Positions 38,325 to 47,698 of a stretch of 64,000 bases of DNA are shown piece by piece. Location of the stretch: assembly GCA_963797095.1 (NCBI GenBank), contig CAWCNY010000006.1:928001-992000 (forward strand), written 5' to 3'. Below the pieces are notes generated by a model. The model did not search any database. It had not been told where the DNA came from and saw only the letters and a program-made list of their open reading frames with translations. Each line of letters opens with the position of its first letter. Position 1 is the stretch's first letter. Origin of the DNA: an uncultured Chloroflexia bacterium. GTDB lineage: Bacteria; Chloroflexota; Chloroflexia; QHBQ01; JADMIH01. The translations under genes were made by a program, and so were the position numbers.

Positions 38325-39368
38325 ATGACCCCTGAAACTACTGTTGTTATTTTGAATTGGAACGGGGCACGGCTACTACCTGCGTGTCTTTCTGCTTTGG
38401 CGTTGCAGAGTTACAGGGATTTCCAGCTTGTGCTGGTGGATAACGGGTCTATCGATGGGTCGGAGCGGCTGCTGAGCGACCTTGAAGGGAGTAATCAACC
38501 TGAGTGGCTGGCGGGACCTTTGCCTTACCCGCCCCGTGTCATTCGTAACTCCGAGAATCTTGGGTTCGCGCAAGGGAACAACGTGGCTTTGCGTGAGGCG
38601 CGCACGCCTTATGTGGCATTGTTGAACAATGATGCTATCGCAGACGCCGGTTGGCTGTCGGAACTGGTGAGTGCCATTTGTGATTCGCCCCGTTGTGTGG
38701 GGATGGTTGCTTCGACCATGGTCTTCTCGCAACGGCCTGATGTGGTGGCGTCGGCGGGCATACGGATACACAGGGATGGAGTGGCTCTGGACCGGGCGAT
38801 GGGGATGGCGGTTGCCGATATAGAGGGGTGGGGTGTGCGTCCTGTGTTCGGGCCTAGTGCGGGCGCGGCTCTTTACCGCCGGAAATTGCTGGGGGATGCG
38901 GGCTTGTTTGACCCTCGATTCTTTAGCTACCTGGAAGATGCAGACCTTGCGTGGAGGGCGCGCAGCCGGGGTTGGCGGGCTGTGCACGCACCGAGGGCAC
39001 GCGTTTTGCACGAGTATTCGGCGACGGGCGGGCACAACTCGCCTTTCAAGACCAGCCTCATATCGCGCAACAGAGTGTGGCTTGTCTACAAGAATATGCC
39101 TGAGGTACTACTGAGCCGCTACTGGCGCTATATTCTCCGCTATGATTTGATGGCGGTGGCGGGTGGGTTGCTGAGTTGCAACCGGCACATCCTGCGCGGG
39201 AGGTTGAAGGCGCTCAGCCTGTTGCCTTCCCTGCGGAGCGACCGCTGGAAGAATATTACTTCGGCGCGTCTACATCCTGATGAGATTGATGCCCTGCTTT
39301 CCCCGCCTCTCAGCCCACGCGGGCACCTCCGGTACCGGCGACGGTTGGATGCTTTGGTAAGCTCCTAG
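38325..39368 (+). CDS. GT2 family glycosyltransferase (WbbL/rhamnosyltransferase-like)
   Basis: VVILNWNG, VDNGSID, NLGFAQGNN, LLNNDA, YLEDADL. Confidence 0.9.
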   Translation: MTPETTVVILNWNGARLLPACLSALALQSYRDFQLVLVDNGSIDGSERLLSDLEGSNQPEWLAGPLPYPPRVIRNSENLGFAQGNNVALREARTPYVALLNNDAIADAGWLSELVSAICDSPRCVGMVASTMVFSQRPDVVASAGIRIHRDGVALDRAMGMAVADIEGWGVRPVFGPSAGAALYRRKLLGDAGLFDPRFFSYLEDADLAWRARSRGWRAVHAPRARVLHEYSATGGHNSPFKTSLISRNRVWLVYKNMPEVLLSRYWRYILRYDLMAVAGGLLSCNRHILRGRLKALSLLPSLRSDRWKNITSARLHPDEIDALLSPPLSPRGHLRYRRRLDALVSS

Positions 39369-40709
39369 TACAGCTTGGCTCAAATGAAGATACAGTTATG
39401 CCACCAAAGCCTTGCCACGATACGAGCAGGCAAACGGCTTGGCCATCGTCCTGTTGTAGTACTCTATGAACTCCATCACTTTGCTTTCCAATTCCTCCAC
39501 TGAGGTGAAGCTCCCTCGCTTCAGCAGTTTACGCACCAATATGCTCAGCCATATCTCTATCTGGTTCAGCCATGAACTGTGCTTGGGGTGTAGTGAAATA
39601 CGATCTTGTGGGTGGGATCACTCAAGAACGCTGCTCGCGACAAGCAATTGTGCAGGATCCCGCTCTTGCCTTTCTCCCCCAGGTCGCTTTCCTCCAGCCC
39701 ACTTACCCTGGCTACCAGCCGTACCAGCGTCTCGGAGCGATGGGTGTCCAGGTTGTCCACCACAAAGTGCCATTTCCTAACATCAGGCTCCCTCTCCACA
39801 CTGCGCTGCACATGAGAGGCGAAGTCGGCTTCGGTACGTGTGGGTGCACAAGACGTGTGGGTCCACAAGACGTGTGGCCAATCCCCCCACTTGCCACGTC
39901 CAGGTTGATGATGAAAGAACGTGTGCCATGACGAATGTACTCGAACTCTCGCCTCTCCACTTTGCCAGGCACCATCGGCAGGGTGGGGTGCTTACGCTCC
40001 AGGGCTTGTACCCCAGTCATCTCGTCGCTACTCAATACCCGCTCTCCTCTCCTGCCCTGGTCAACTCCTGTGCCACACGGTAAAGCTCACACACCTCCTG
40101 TACCTTCTCGTCGAAGTTCTCCTCTCGCTCATAAGAGGGTGGGGTCAGCCAATAACGGCTCAGGTGTGGTTTGAGGTCCCCCTTTTGAGCAGGCGGGCTG
40201 CGTGGCGAGGTGATATCTGCTCTACAATGCCGCGCCTCTCTATCTCATCAGCGATCTCACGACTGCTCCATTGGCTGATAGGACGCCCACTCTGTGCAGG
40301 AGCTTCACATGCCAACGGCCAACGCCACGATTTGGCACACAGCCTCAGCACTGATGCGGGCAGGCGCACCAGGTCGGGGCACGTCAGTCAGGCGCTCTGG
40401 GGCGCTCAAGTCATCGGCTGAGACGGTTTGCAAGCCGAGCCAACGTTCCCGCCAAAGGCGGACCATCTTACGACTAATCCCTAGCTCTCGCACAATCTGG
40501 CCGTTGTTGAGGCCATCGGCAGCCAAAAGCACGATGTGGGCACGCAAGGCTAGCTGCTGTGGTGTAGAATGGCGGCGGAGCAGGCTAGCCACTTCCTCGC
40601 GTTCAATGTTGGTGAGTTCGATCATCGGTGGTTTTGGACCGCGCACTGGCTGTTACCTCCCTTGGTGTTGCACCTATTATACTGCATCTTCATTTGAGCC
40701 AAGCTGTAC
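39368..40709 (-). mobile_element. IS630-family insertion sequence
   Basis: 29-bp terminal inverted repeats with 1 mismatch (gtacagcttggctcaaatgaagatacagt / actgcatcttcatttgagccaagctgtac), TA duplicated at 39366-39367 and 40710-40711. Confidence 0.93.
39396..40646 (-). pseudogene. IS630 transposase, multiply frameshifted
   Basis: HTH fragment (RAHIVLLAADG...PRPGAP), [30 protein letters not shown]; AAAAGGGGG slip site at 40178-40186 plus extra indels. Confidence 0.9.
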
Positions 40710-40711
40710 TA

Positions 40712-40776
40712 GTTCCTGGTTCCAAGTTCCCGGCTCCTGGTTCCAAGTTCCTGGCTCCTGGCTCCTGGCTCCTGGC
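40712..40776. repeat. Heptamer (TTCCTGG/CTCCTGG) array of about 9 units
   Basis: gttcctggttccaagttcccggctcctggttccaagttcctggctcctggctcctggctcctgg. Confidence 0.85.
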
Positions 40777-41150
40777 CTGCAGGAGAGTGGTGTTTGGGAA
40801 TTGATCTGCCAGGCGGAGCATGCTTATCTCATGCAAGGGTTCGTGGGACAATTGTATGCTTCTCATATGGTTAATTGGTGAGTCTGGAATTGAAGATGCA
40901 AATGCCGGGTCTGAGGTTCCGACCTGGCATTTTGCGTTTAATGGGCTGCCTTTAATGGCTAGAGAATGGTGGTGGGACAATCGGGCTAGTGCAGTCACCC
41001 CCTATGGGCTATAGAGCCTGCGCCTGGTGTCCGTTATAGTTGAATTGAAGCCGCCTGATGGCACGATGGTCGCGCCATTGGGGCCTTCACTTGCAATCGT
41101 AGTTTTGTAATTCAGTTCAAATTCTCTAAACAGATCGGAGGCACTGAGCC

Positions 41151-42110
41151 ATGAAATCACGCGGAGGTAAATTTCTGCTTTTGCTGGGAGCTGTGCTCGC
41201 CGCAATGGCATTCGTGGTTGTGTATGTAGTGATGTCGGGTAGGCTGTCGCTGGGCGCTAGCACTGATAACACCGCATCGGTTCCCACAGCCGTTCCCATG
41301 GTCACGTTGGCGGTGGTCAACCGAGATCTTCCGGCGTACACCATGCTGGATTCTACCAATGTAGCCACTATTGATGTGGAAGCCTCGACGGCCCCTTCGG
41401 GCACGACAACATCGCCCGCTACCGTGTACGGCAAAATGACGCTGATGCCACTTACAAAAGGCCAGCCCATACGCACCGACCAACTTACCGAAACCGGTTT
41501 CTCCAACATTCTGGAGAAGGGCGAACGGGCATTCTCACTGGCTGTGCCTGAGAAGAGCACTTTCGGCAATGCGGTTACGGAGAATGACCGTGTTGACCTG
41601 CTGTGGACCACGGTGATTGAGTACGACCAGGTGCAGCCGCCGGACGCTGATGGCAAGATCACCTACGAGAAGGCTTATTACACATCTACAAAGACCCTTC
41701 TGCAGAACATGCACGTTTTGCGTGTAATCACGCTGGCGCAGGATACCCTTGCCGGACAGACACAGCGCAGCACTTCCAGCTCCACAAGCGCCGATAATGC
41801 AGATGTGACAACAGGACCGGCTCCAAGCGCCGCGTCGATGTACGACGAGGATGCCCCGTATAAGAGCGTGCTGGTGCTGGGTGTAACCGACCAGCAAGCT
41901 GAAGTAATTGCTTACGCTCGTGAGAATGGCCTGATCGATCTAACACTGCGCTCGTCCGCACTTCAGAAAGACGAAACAGGCCAGGTGGTCAAAGACGAGC
42001 TTGGCAACGATGTACGCGGTGATAGCGAGGCGGAGAAGACTACCGGTGTCACACTCGATACGCTGATACAGCAGTATGGTGTGGTTCCGCCTGTAGTGCA
42101 GAACCCCTAA
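41151..42110 (+). CDS. cpaB: Flp pilus assembly protein CpaB/RcpC
   Basis: N-terminal TM, SAF-like domain, GERAFSLAV...DRVDLL...LLQNMHVL...LTLRS; GGAGG RBS. Confidence 0.85.
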   Translation: MKSRGGKFLLLLGAVLAAMAFVVVYVVMSGRLSLGASTDNTASVPTAVPMVTLAVVNRDLPAYTMLDSTNVATIDVEASTAPSGTTTSPATVYGKMTLMPLTKGQPIRTDQLTETGFSNILEKGERAFSLAVPEKSTFGNAVTENDRVDLLWTTVIEYDQVQPPDADGKITYEKAYYTSTKTLLQNMHVLRVITLAQDTLAGQTQRSTSSSTSADNADVTTGPAPSAASMYDEDAPYKSVLVLGVTDQQAEVIAYARENGLIDLTLRSSALQKDETGQVVKDELGNDVRGDSEAEKTTGVTLDTLIQQYGVVPPVVQNP

Positions 42111-42171
42111 AGAAAAAGAGTAGTTCAGAAGCAACACTAATTTAGCAGCAAAGTCGAGTCAGGAGAGGAAA

Positions 42172-43491
42172 ATGGACACCTCAGGAGCCAACAGCTCTAT
42201 GCCAAAGATCGGGGTCATGATAGTTGACGACATCGCCGATACACGAGAAAACCTGAGCAAGCTATTGATGTTCGAGCGGGACATCGAAGTGATCGGGACC
42301 GCAGGAAGCGGACCGGAAGCTATCGAGCTTTCGCGGAAACTTAACCCCGATGTCGTTCTCATGGACATAAACATGCCTGAGATGGATGGCATCAAGGCTG
42401 CCGAACTGCTGAGCACCGAAATGCCCGGCGTCGGGATCATCATGATGTCGGTGCAAGGCGAGCAGGACTATCTGCGCCGGGCTATGCTTGCAGGAGCGCG
42501 TGAGTTCCTTATCAAGCCTTTCTCCGGGGATGACCTGGTGCGCTCAATCAGGCACGTGTACAGGCTGGAGTCGAGCAAGAGGGCGATGGCCCACGCGGCA
42601 GCAGTGCCGATGATGGGTATGGGGTCGTCGAGCGGCAAAGGCGGGCCAGAAGAAGAGCACCAGGGCCGCATTATGGCGATAGTAAGCCCGAAGGGTGGCG
42701 TTGGCCGCACGACTCTGGCAGCGAACCTGGCTGTGGCTCTCAAGCTGTCAACCCAGAAGAAAGTGGCGCTGGTGGATGGCTCGCTGTACTTCGGTGATGT
42801 TGGGGTGTTGCTCAACCTCCTGTCCAATAAGACCATAGTTGATGCAGTCGAACATATTGACGAACTGGATGCCGACCTGCTGAACGATCTGATGGTAACG
42901 CACTCCTCCGGTGTGAAGGTGCTGCTCGCGCCTCCGCAGCCTGAGATGGCTGAACTGATTACTGCAGAACACATTCGACGCGTGCTGGTCGAGCTATCGA
43001 CACAGTACGATTACGTCGTGGTAGACACGTGGCCCTCCTTCGCGGACACAGTGCTGACGGCGATGGACCTGGCAGACGACATCCTGCTGGTGATGACGCT
43101 TGAAATGACAGCCATCAAGGATGTGAAGCTGTATCTGGAAGTGGTAGAGAAGCTCAACTACCCCTCTGAGAAGGTCAAACTGGTGTTGAATAGGGCGGGT
43201 AGCGCTGGTGGCATCAAGGTGGAGGCCGTGGAAGAGACGCTGCGGCAGAAGGTGCTGGTTGGTCTCAACAATGATGGTGTGGCGATGCTGATGGCGGTGA
43301 ACCAGGGCGTACCGCTGGTCATTTCAGCGCGCGAGCACCCGTTCTCCCGCGATATTTATCGCCTTGCGCGCCTGCTGACCGCTACTTCGGCGGAAGATGC
43401 CCAACTGGCGCAGGTAACGGCCAATGTACAGGCCCAGGAAGGCGCGATGCAGGGCAATCTACTCTCGAAATTGAAGGCGGCGTTCAGGTAA
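42172..43491 (+). CDS. cpaE: Response-regulator receiver fused to CpaE/TadZ MinD-like ATPase
   Basis: VDD...MDINMP...KPF receiver; PKGGVGRTT, DYVVVDT, LVLNR. Confidence 0.85.
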   Translation: MDTSGANSSMPKIGVMIVDDIADTRENLSKLLMFERDIEVIGTAGSGPEAIELSRKLNPDVVLMDINMPEMDGIKAAELLSTEMPGVGIIMMSVQGEQDYLRRAMLAGAREFLIKPFSGDDLVRSIRHVYRLESSKRAMAHAAAVPMMGMGSSSGKGGPEEEHQGRIMAIVSPKGGVGRTTLAANLAVALKLSTQKKVALVDGSLYFGDVGVLLNLLSNKTIVDAVEHIDELDADLLNDLMVTHSSGVKVLLAPPQPEMAELITAEHIRRVLVELSTQYDYVVVDTWPSFADTVLTAMDLADDILLVMTLEMTAIKDVKLYLEVVEKLNYPSEKVKLVLNRAGSAGGIKVEAVEETLRQKVLVGLNNDGVAMLMAVNQGVPLVISAREHPFSRDIYRLARLLTATSAEDAQLAQVTANVQAQEGAMQGNLLSKLKAAFR

Positions 43492-43555
43492 TTTTGGGCT
43501 TGTGGGCGGCCATCGCAAGCCGTCCGGGGCCCAGGATATAGGATGAGGTAATACG

Positions 43556-45031
43556 ATGTCTTTACTCAAGCAAATCGGTTCGACCGATCCACTGCCAAAC
43601 AACGGCAACATGGGGCAGGGTGGCACAGGCCAGAATGCCAATTCCAGGCAGGGCGGGACCGGGGCAGCCCCCGGCACTTCGTCACCTTCGAGTGTGCTCC
43701 CTCGCGGCACAGGCCGTCTTGGTGGGCCGAATGAAGCTATGCGTCCAGGGATGGCTACCTCAGGCGAAAGCTTCCTGGAGCTTAAGAACCGGGTTCAGCA
43801 CAAACTGATCGCTGAACTTGATCCCAAGCTCGACCTGACGCGTACCGATGAAGTGCGCCGGCAGGTGGAAGAGATCTTCGGCGAGATACTCAACTCCGAA
43901 AATATCGTGCTGACACGTGTTGACCGCGCCAGGCTGTTCGAGGCGGTAGCGGCGGAAATCCTGGGCTTTGGGCCTATCGAGCCGCTGCTGAAAGACAACT
44001 CGATAAACGAGGTGATGGTAAACGGGCCGAAGCTGGTGTATATCGAGCGTCATGGCCGCCTTGAAAAGACAAACGTGATCTTCCAGAACGATGAGCATGT
44101 GATGCGCGTTATCGACAGGATCGTCGCTCCCCTTGGAAGGCGTATAGATGAAAGCTCGCCCTATGTAGATGCTCGTCTACCCGATGGCTCTCGCGTGAAC
44201 GCTATTATTCCTCCTCTGGCGATCAACGGGCCTACGATTACGATCCGCAAATTCTCCAAAGACCCGTTTACCTCTGAAGACCTTATTCGGTTCGGAACTT
44301 TTACGCCTGAGATGTCGACATTCTTGAAAGCCTGCGTGGAAGCCCGGTTGAATATTGTTGTGTCAGGTGGTACAGGCTCCGGTAAGACGACAACCCTCAA
44401 CGTGTTGTCGGCGTGGATACCGAATGACGAACGTATTATCACAGTGGAGAACGCAGCGGAGCTTCAGCTTCGGCAGGAGCACGTGATCACCCTTGAGTCG
44501 AGACCGGCGAACATAGAAGGGCGCGGCGAGGTAACGATCCGCGACCTGGTGATCAACTGCCTCCGAATGCGCCCCGACAGGATCGTAGTAGGCGAGTGCC
44601 GAGGCGGCGAAGCGCTGGATATGCTCCAGGCCATGAACACTGGACATGATGGATCTCTAACCACATTGCACGCCAATACCCCGCGTGATGCTTTGTCTCG
44701 TCTTGAGACGATGGTGCTAATGGCGGGTATGGAATTGCCTGTGAAGGCCATACGCGAGCAGATTGCCGCAGCAGTGGACTTGATAGTGCAGCAGTCGCGC
44801 TTCAAAGACGGGTCGCGTAAGATTTCAAACATAGCCGAAGTGCAAGGTATGGAAGGCGACGTTATCGTGATGCAGGATGTGTTCGTGTTTGAGCAGACCG
44901 GTATCGAAGGCGGGAAGATCGTAGGCCGCATGAAGCCTACGGGTATACGTCCCAAGTTCATCGAGAAGTTCGAGGCAGCGAATATCTACTTGCCGCCTAA
45001 CCTGTTTGGCTATAATGAGAGGTTCTTCTAG
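43556..45031 (+). CDS. cpaF: Tad pilus secretion ATPase CpaF/TadA
   Basis: GGTGSGKTT, LRMRPDRIVVGECRG, MNTGHDGSLTTLHAN. Confidence 0.96.
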   Translation: MSLLKQIGSTDPLPNNGNMGQGGTGQNANSRQGGTGAAPGTSSPSSVLPRGTGRLGGPNEAMRPGMATSGESFLELKNRVQHKLIAELDPKLDLTRTDEVRRQVEEIFGEILNSENIVLTRVDRARLFEAVAAEILGFGPIEPLLKDNSINEVMVNGPKLVYIERHGRLEKTNVIFQNDEHVMRVIDRIVAPLGRRIDESSPYVDARLPDGSRVNAIIPPLAINGPTITIRKFSKDPFTSEDLIRFGTFTPEMSTFLKACVEARLNIVVSGGTGSGKTTTLNVLSAWIPNDERIITVENAAELQLRQEHVITLESRPANIEGRGEVTIRDLVINCLRMRPDRIVVGECRGGEALDMLQAMNTGHDGSLTTLHANTPRDALSRLETMVLMAGMELPVKAIREQIAAAVDLIVQQSRFKDGSRKISNIAEVQGMEGDVIVMQDVFVFEQTGIEGGKIVGRMKPTGIRPKFIEKFEAANIYLPPNLFGYNERFF

Positions 45032-45037
45032 TATCTG

Positions 45038-45120
45038 CGACAAAGGACGAAGGACGAAAGTGGACGAAAGTGGACTACAGGCGATGGACGACAGACGATT
45101 GTTGGATACTCGTCTTTTGT
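45038..45120. repeat. GACGAA(G/A)-type short tandem array
   Basis: gacaaaggacgaaggacgaaagtggacgaaagtggac...ctcgtcttttgt. Confidence 0.65.
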
Positions 45121-45150
45121 GCTGCATCGTGACACAGTTGGGAGTTTAGC

Positions 45151-46158
45151 ATGGATCAGCTACTTTTACCGACCATAGTTGCCCTGGTTGTGCTAGGGGT
45201 GTTCTTCGGGATTGCACGCTTCAGCGGCGGCAACCCTAACATGAAGGGACGCCTGGAACGCTTTGCGGGTGACGGCCAGGCGGAAGAGAAAGAGAGAGAA
45301 AGAGAGAAAGAGGAAAAGAAGGACGAGAAGAAGCAGTTCAGCCTCGGTCTCGGCGAGACGCAACTTGCCGCAGTCGTGGACAAGGCTGTTTCGCAGCGCA
45401 CTTTCGGTAAGACCGTTCAGCGGCGACTGGCCCAGGCCGATCTAAAGCTGACCCTGTTTGAGTTCATGCTCACGAAGATCTTCTCGACGATCACAGGCAC
45501 GGCACTTGGCCTCTTTCTTGGGCGTGGCGGCGCAATATCGACGGTCGTCTTCGGCCTCGTAGGTATAAGTGTGGGTTTCTTCGCTCCTGATTGGTTTGTG
45601 AAGTTTCGCATATCGACGCGTCTCAAGGCGTTCAACAGTCAGCTAGGCGATACGCTCGGCCTCCTTGCCAATTCGCTTCGCTCAGGCTATTCGATGCTGC
45701 AATCGATGGAGCTGGTAGCTCGCGAGTCGCCCGACCCAATCGGGACTGAATTCAAGCGTGTGGTACGCGAGGTGGGGCTCGGACTCAGCCCGCAGGAGGC
45801 GTTGAATAATCTGTATCGCCGTCTTCCATCCGACGACCTTGATCTGATGATCACCGCCATCAACATCCAATACGAGGTGGGCGGTAACCTCGCGCAGATC
45901 CTTGATACCATATCGCATACGATCAGGGAGCGGGTGCGTATCAAAGGTGAAATCCAGGTGCTGACCGCCCAGGGACGCGTATCGGGCTACATTATCTCGG
46001 CTCTTCCCCCAGGAATCGCCATCATAGTGACGCTGATCAATCCCACGTACATGAACACGATGTGGGAATTCCCGTGGATAATAATGCCTATCTGTGGCGG
46101 CATACTCGTATTTGTCGGCTTTATGATAATCAGAAAGATAGTGAATATCGAGGTGTAA
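45151..46158 (+). CDS. tadB: Tad pilus platform protein TadB
   Basis: LANSLRSGYS, IQYEVGGNLAQIL, LTAQGR.SG. Confidence 0.92.
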   Translation: MDQLLLPTIVALVVLGVFFGIARFSGGNPNMKGRLERFAGDGQAEEKEREREKEEKKDEKKQFSLGLGETQLAAVVDKAVSQRTFGKTVQRRLAQADLKLTLFEFMLTKIFSTITGTALGLFLGRGGAISTVVFGLVGISVGFFAPDWFVKFRISTRLKAFNSQLGDTLGLLANSLRSGYSMLQSMELVARESPDPIGTEFKRVVREVGLGLSPQEALNNLYRRLPSDDLDLMITAINIQYEVGGNLAQILDTISHTIRERVRIKGEIQVLTAQGRVSGYIISALPPGIAIIVTLINPTYMNTMWEFPWIIMPICGGILVFVGFMIIRKIVNIEV

Positions 46159-46161
46159 TGT

Positions 46162-47088
46162 ATGGACCAGGTTTTCCTCTATCTCGTACCGGCCGTGTTT
46201 GCCATGGCGATCCTCGGAGGCGTGTTGTGGATTACGCTGCCGAAGCGCAACACGGTGTCGATTGAAGCACGCCTTGCCAACTTCGCAGAGCGACCACGCA
46301 CACTTGAAGAACTCGAATTGGAGCAGCCGTTCACCGACCGGGTGATCAAGCCGATGGTCGCTGCGATTACACGCGCTCTGGGGAAGCTAACTCCGTCGCA
46401 GGGCATGGAGAAGGTGCGACAGCAACTGGTGCTGGCGGGCAACCCCTTTAACATGGGTACGTCAGAGTTCATGGGCGCACGCATAATGGCGCTGGTTATG
46501 CTTGGTGGAGCTACGTTTGCTCTCACTCTGATACTGGGCGCAACGCCGATGAATATGCTTCTCTTTGTAGGTGTTATGTCGCTGGTCGGATATCTGCTGC
46601 CGGTTTTCTGGCTCAGGGGACGGGTCAAGAAGCGCCAGAAGGTTATTCTCAAGACTTTGCCGGACGCTATCGATATGATGACGATCAGCGTGGAAGCAGG
46701 TCTCGCCTTCGACGGGGCTATGCAAAGGGTAGCAGAGAAGTGGGATAACGACCTTTCCCATGAGTTCCATAAGGCGCTGTCTGAGATGCGAGTGGGCAAG
46801 ACTAAGAGGGAGGCCCTGCACGAATTGGTACAGCGCACCGGTGTAGCCGACCTGAGCACCTTCGTAGCGTCGATTGTGCAGGCAGACCAACTGGGTGTGT
46901 CGATCTCGAAAGTGCTTCGCATCCAGAGCGAGCAGATGCGTATTCGCCGCCGCCAACGCGCCGAGGAGCAGGCCCACAAGGCCCCAATCCTGATGATGAT
47001 CCCTATGGTGTTCCTGATCTTCCCTGCGACCTACATCGTTATTCTCGGCCCGGCTGTTCCCAAGATTATGCTGGCTTTTGGGTCGTGA
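46162..47088 (+). CDS. tadC: Tad pilus platform protein TadC
   Basis: LPDAIDM...VEAGL, QADQLG, RQRAEEQA.KAP. Confidence 0.92.
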   Translation: MDQVFLYLVPAVFAMAILGGVLWITLPKRNTVSIEARLANFAERPRTLEELELEQPFTDRVIKPMVAAITRALGKLTPSQGMEKVRQQLVLAGNPFNMGTSEFMGARIMALVMLGGATFALTLILGATPMNMLLFVGVMSLVGYLLPVFWLRGRVKKRQKVILKTLPDAIDMMTISVEAGLAFDGAMQRVAEKWDNDLSHEFHKALSEMRVGKTKREALHELVQRTGVADLSTFVASIVQADQLGVSISKVLRIQSEQMRIRRRQRAEEQAHKAPILMMIPMVFLIFPATYIVILGPAVPKIMLAFGS

Positions 47089-47143
47089 CGATTGATGAGT
47101 GACGCGTAGCTGGTTGCTGGTTCCTGTGGGTAAATGCGGTTAG

Positions 47144-47176
47144 TTGTAAGGGCGGGTTTTGAACCCGCCCTTACAA
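47144..47176. repeat. REP-like perfect palindrome
   Basis: ttgtaagggcgggtt-ttg-aacccgcccttacaa, 15-bp arms, similar to GTAG-type REP sequences. Confidence 0.65.
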
Positions 47177-47224
47177 GAATCAGCCGAGCCAGGTCGGAAA
47201 ATAGTAGATAGAGGCTTTTCGGTA

Positions 47225-47566
47225 ATGACGATCTTAAATACGACTAGAGGTACTACACTTGCTACGGGCGCAAAGCGTGCCGCGAATTTCCTGGCACGTG
47301 GACGTGGCTTGATGATGGCTCCCCCATTGCCTGAGGGGGGCGGGCTTGTGATCGACCCTTGCAATTCGATCCATATGTTCTTTATGCGATATGCGCTCGA
47401 TGTGCTGTTTGTTGACAAGGATGGGGTGGTAGTGTTCATGTACGCGGGCATAAAGCCCTGGCGCGTGGGCCGTATCGTCAAGGGCGCAAAGCTGGCAGTT
47501 GAACTGCCTGTGGGTACCATCGCTTCCAGCCTGACCCAGGTAGGTGATAAGGTGAAAATGCAGTGA
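47225..47566 (+). CDS. DUF192 domain protein
   Basis: RGRGLM, CNSIHMFFMRYALDVLFVD, AVELPVG; ATG at 47225. Confidence 0.85.
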   Translation: MTILNTTRGTTLATGAKRAANFLARGRGLMMAPPLPEGGGLVIDPCNSIHMFFMRYALDVLFVDKDGVVVFMYAGIKPWRVGRIVKGAKLAVELPVGTIASSLTQVGDKVKMQ

Positions 47567-47588
47567 GTTGGGCATGACGCTGGCTTGA

Positions 47589-47617
47589 TGAGTAACGAGT
47601 AACGAGTAACGAGTGAC
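47589..47617. repeat. Heptamer (GAGTAAC) array
   Basis: tgagtaacgagtaacgagtaacgagtgac. Confidence 0.8.
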
Positions 47618-47698
47618 CTTAAAGTGCAAGTTGAATATTCGGGTTCCTATGTCACGCAGTTGGCGACGTAACCTCCCCTCGTAGAGATACCAAAGGCT

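Noticed and set aside
40780-41150. c-di-GMP riboswitch upstream of the tad genes
   Set aside because: No GEMM-type GGCAAAC...GAAA...GACGCAAAG pattern could be found
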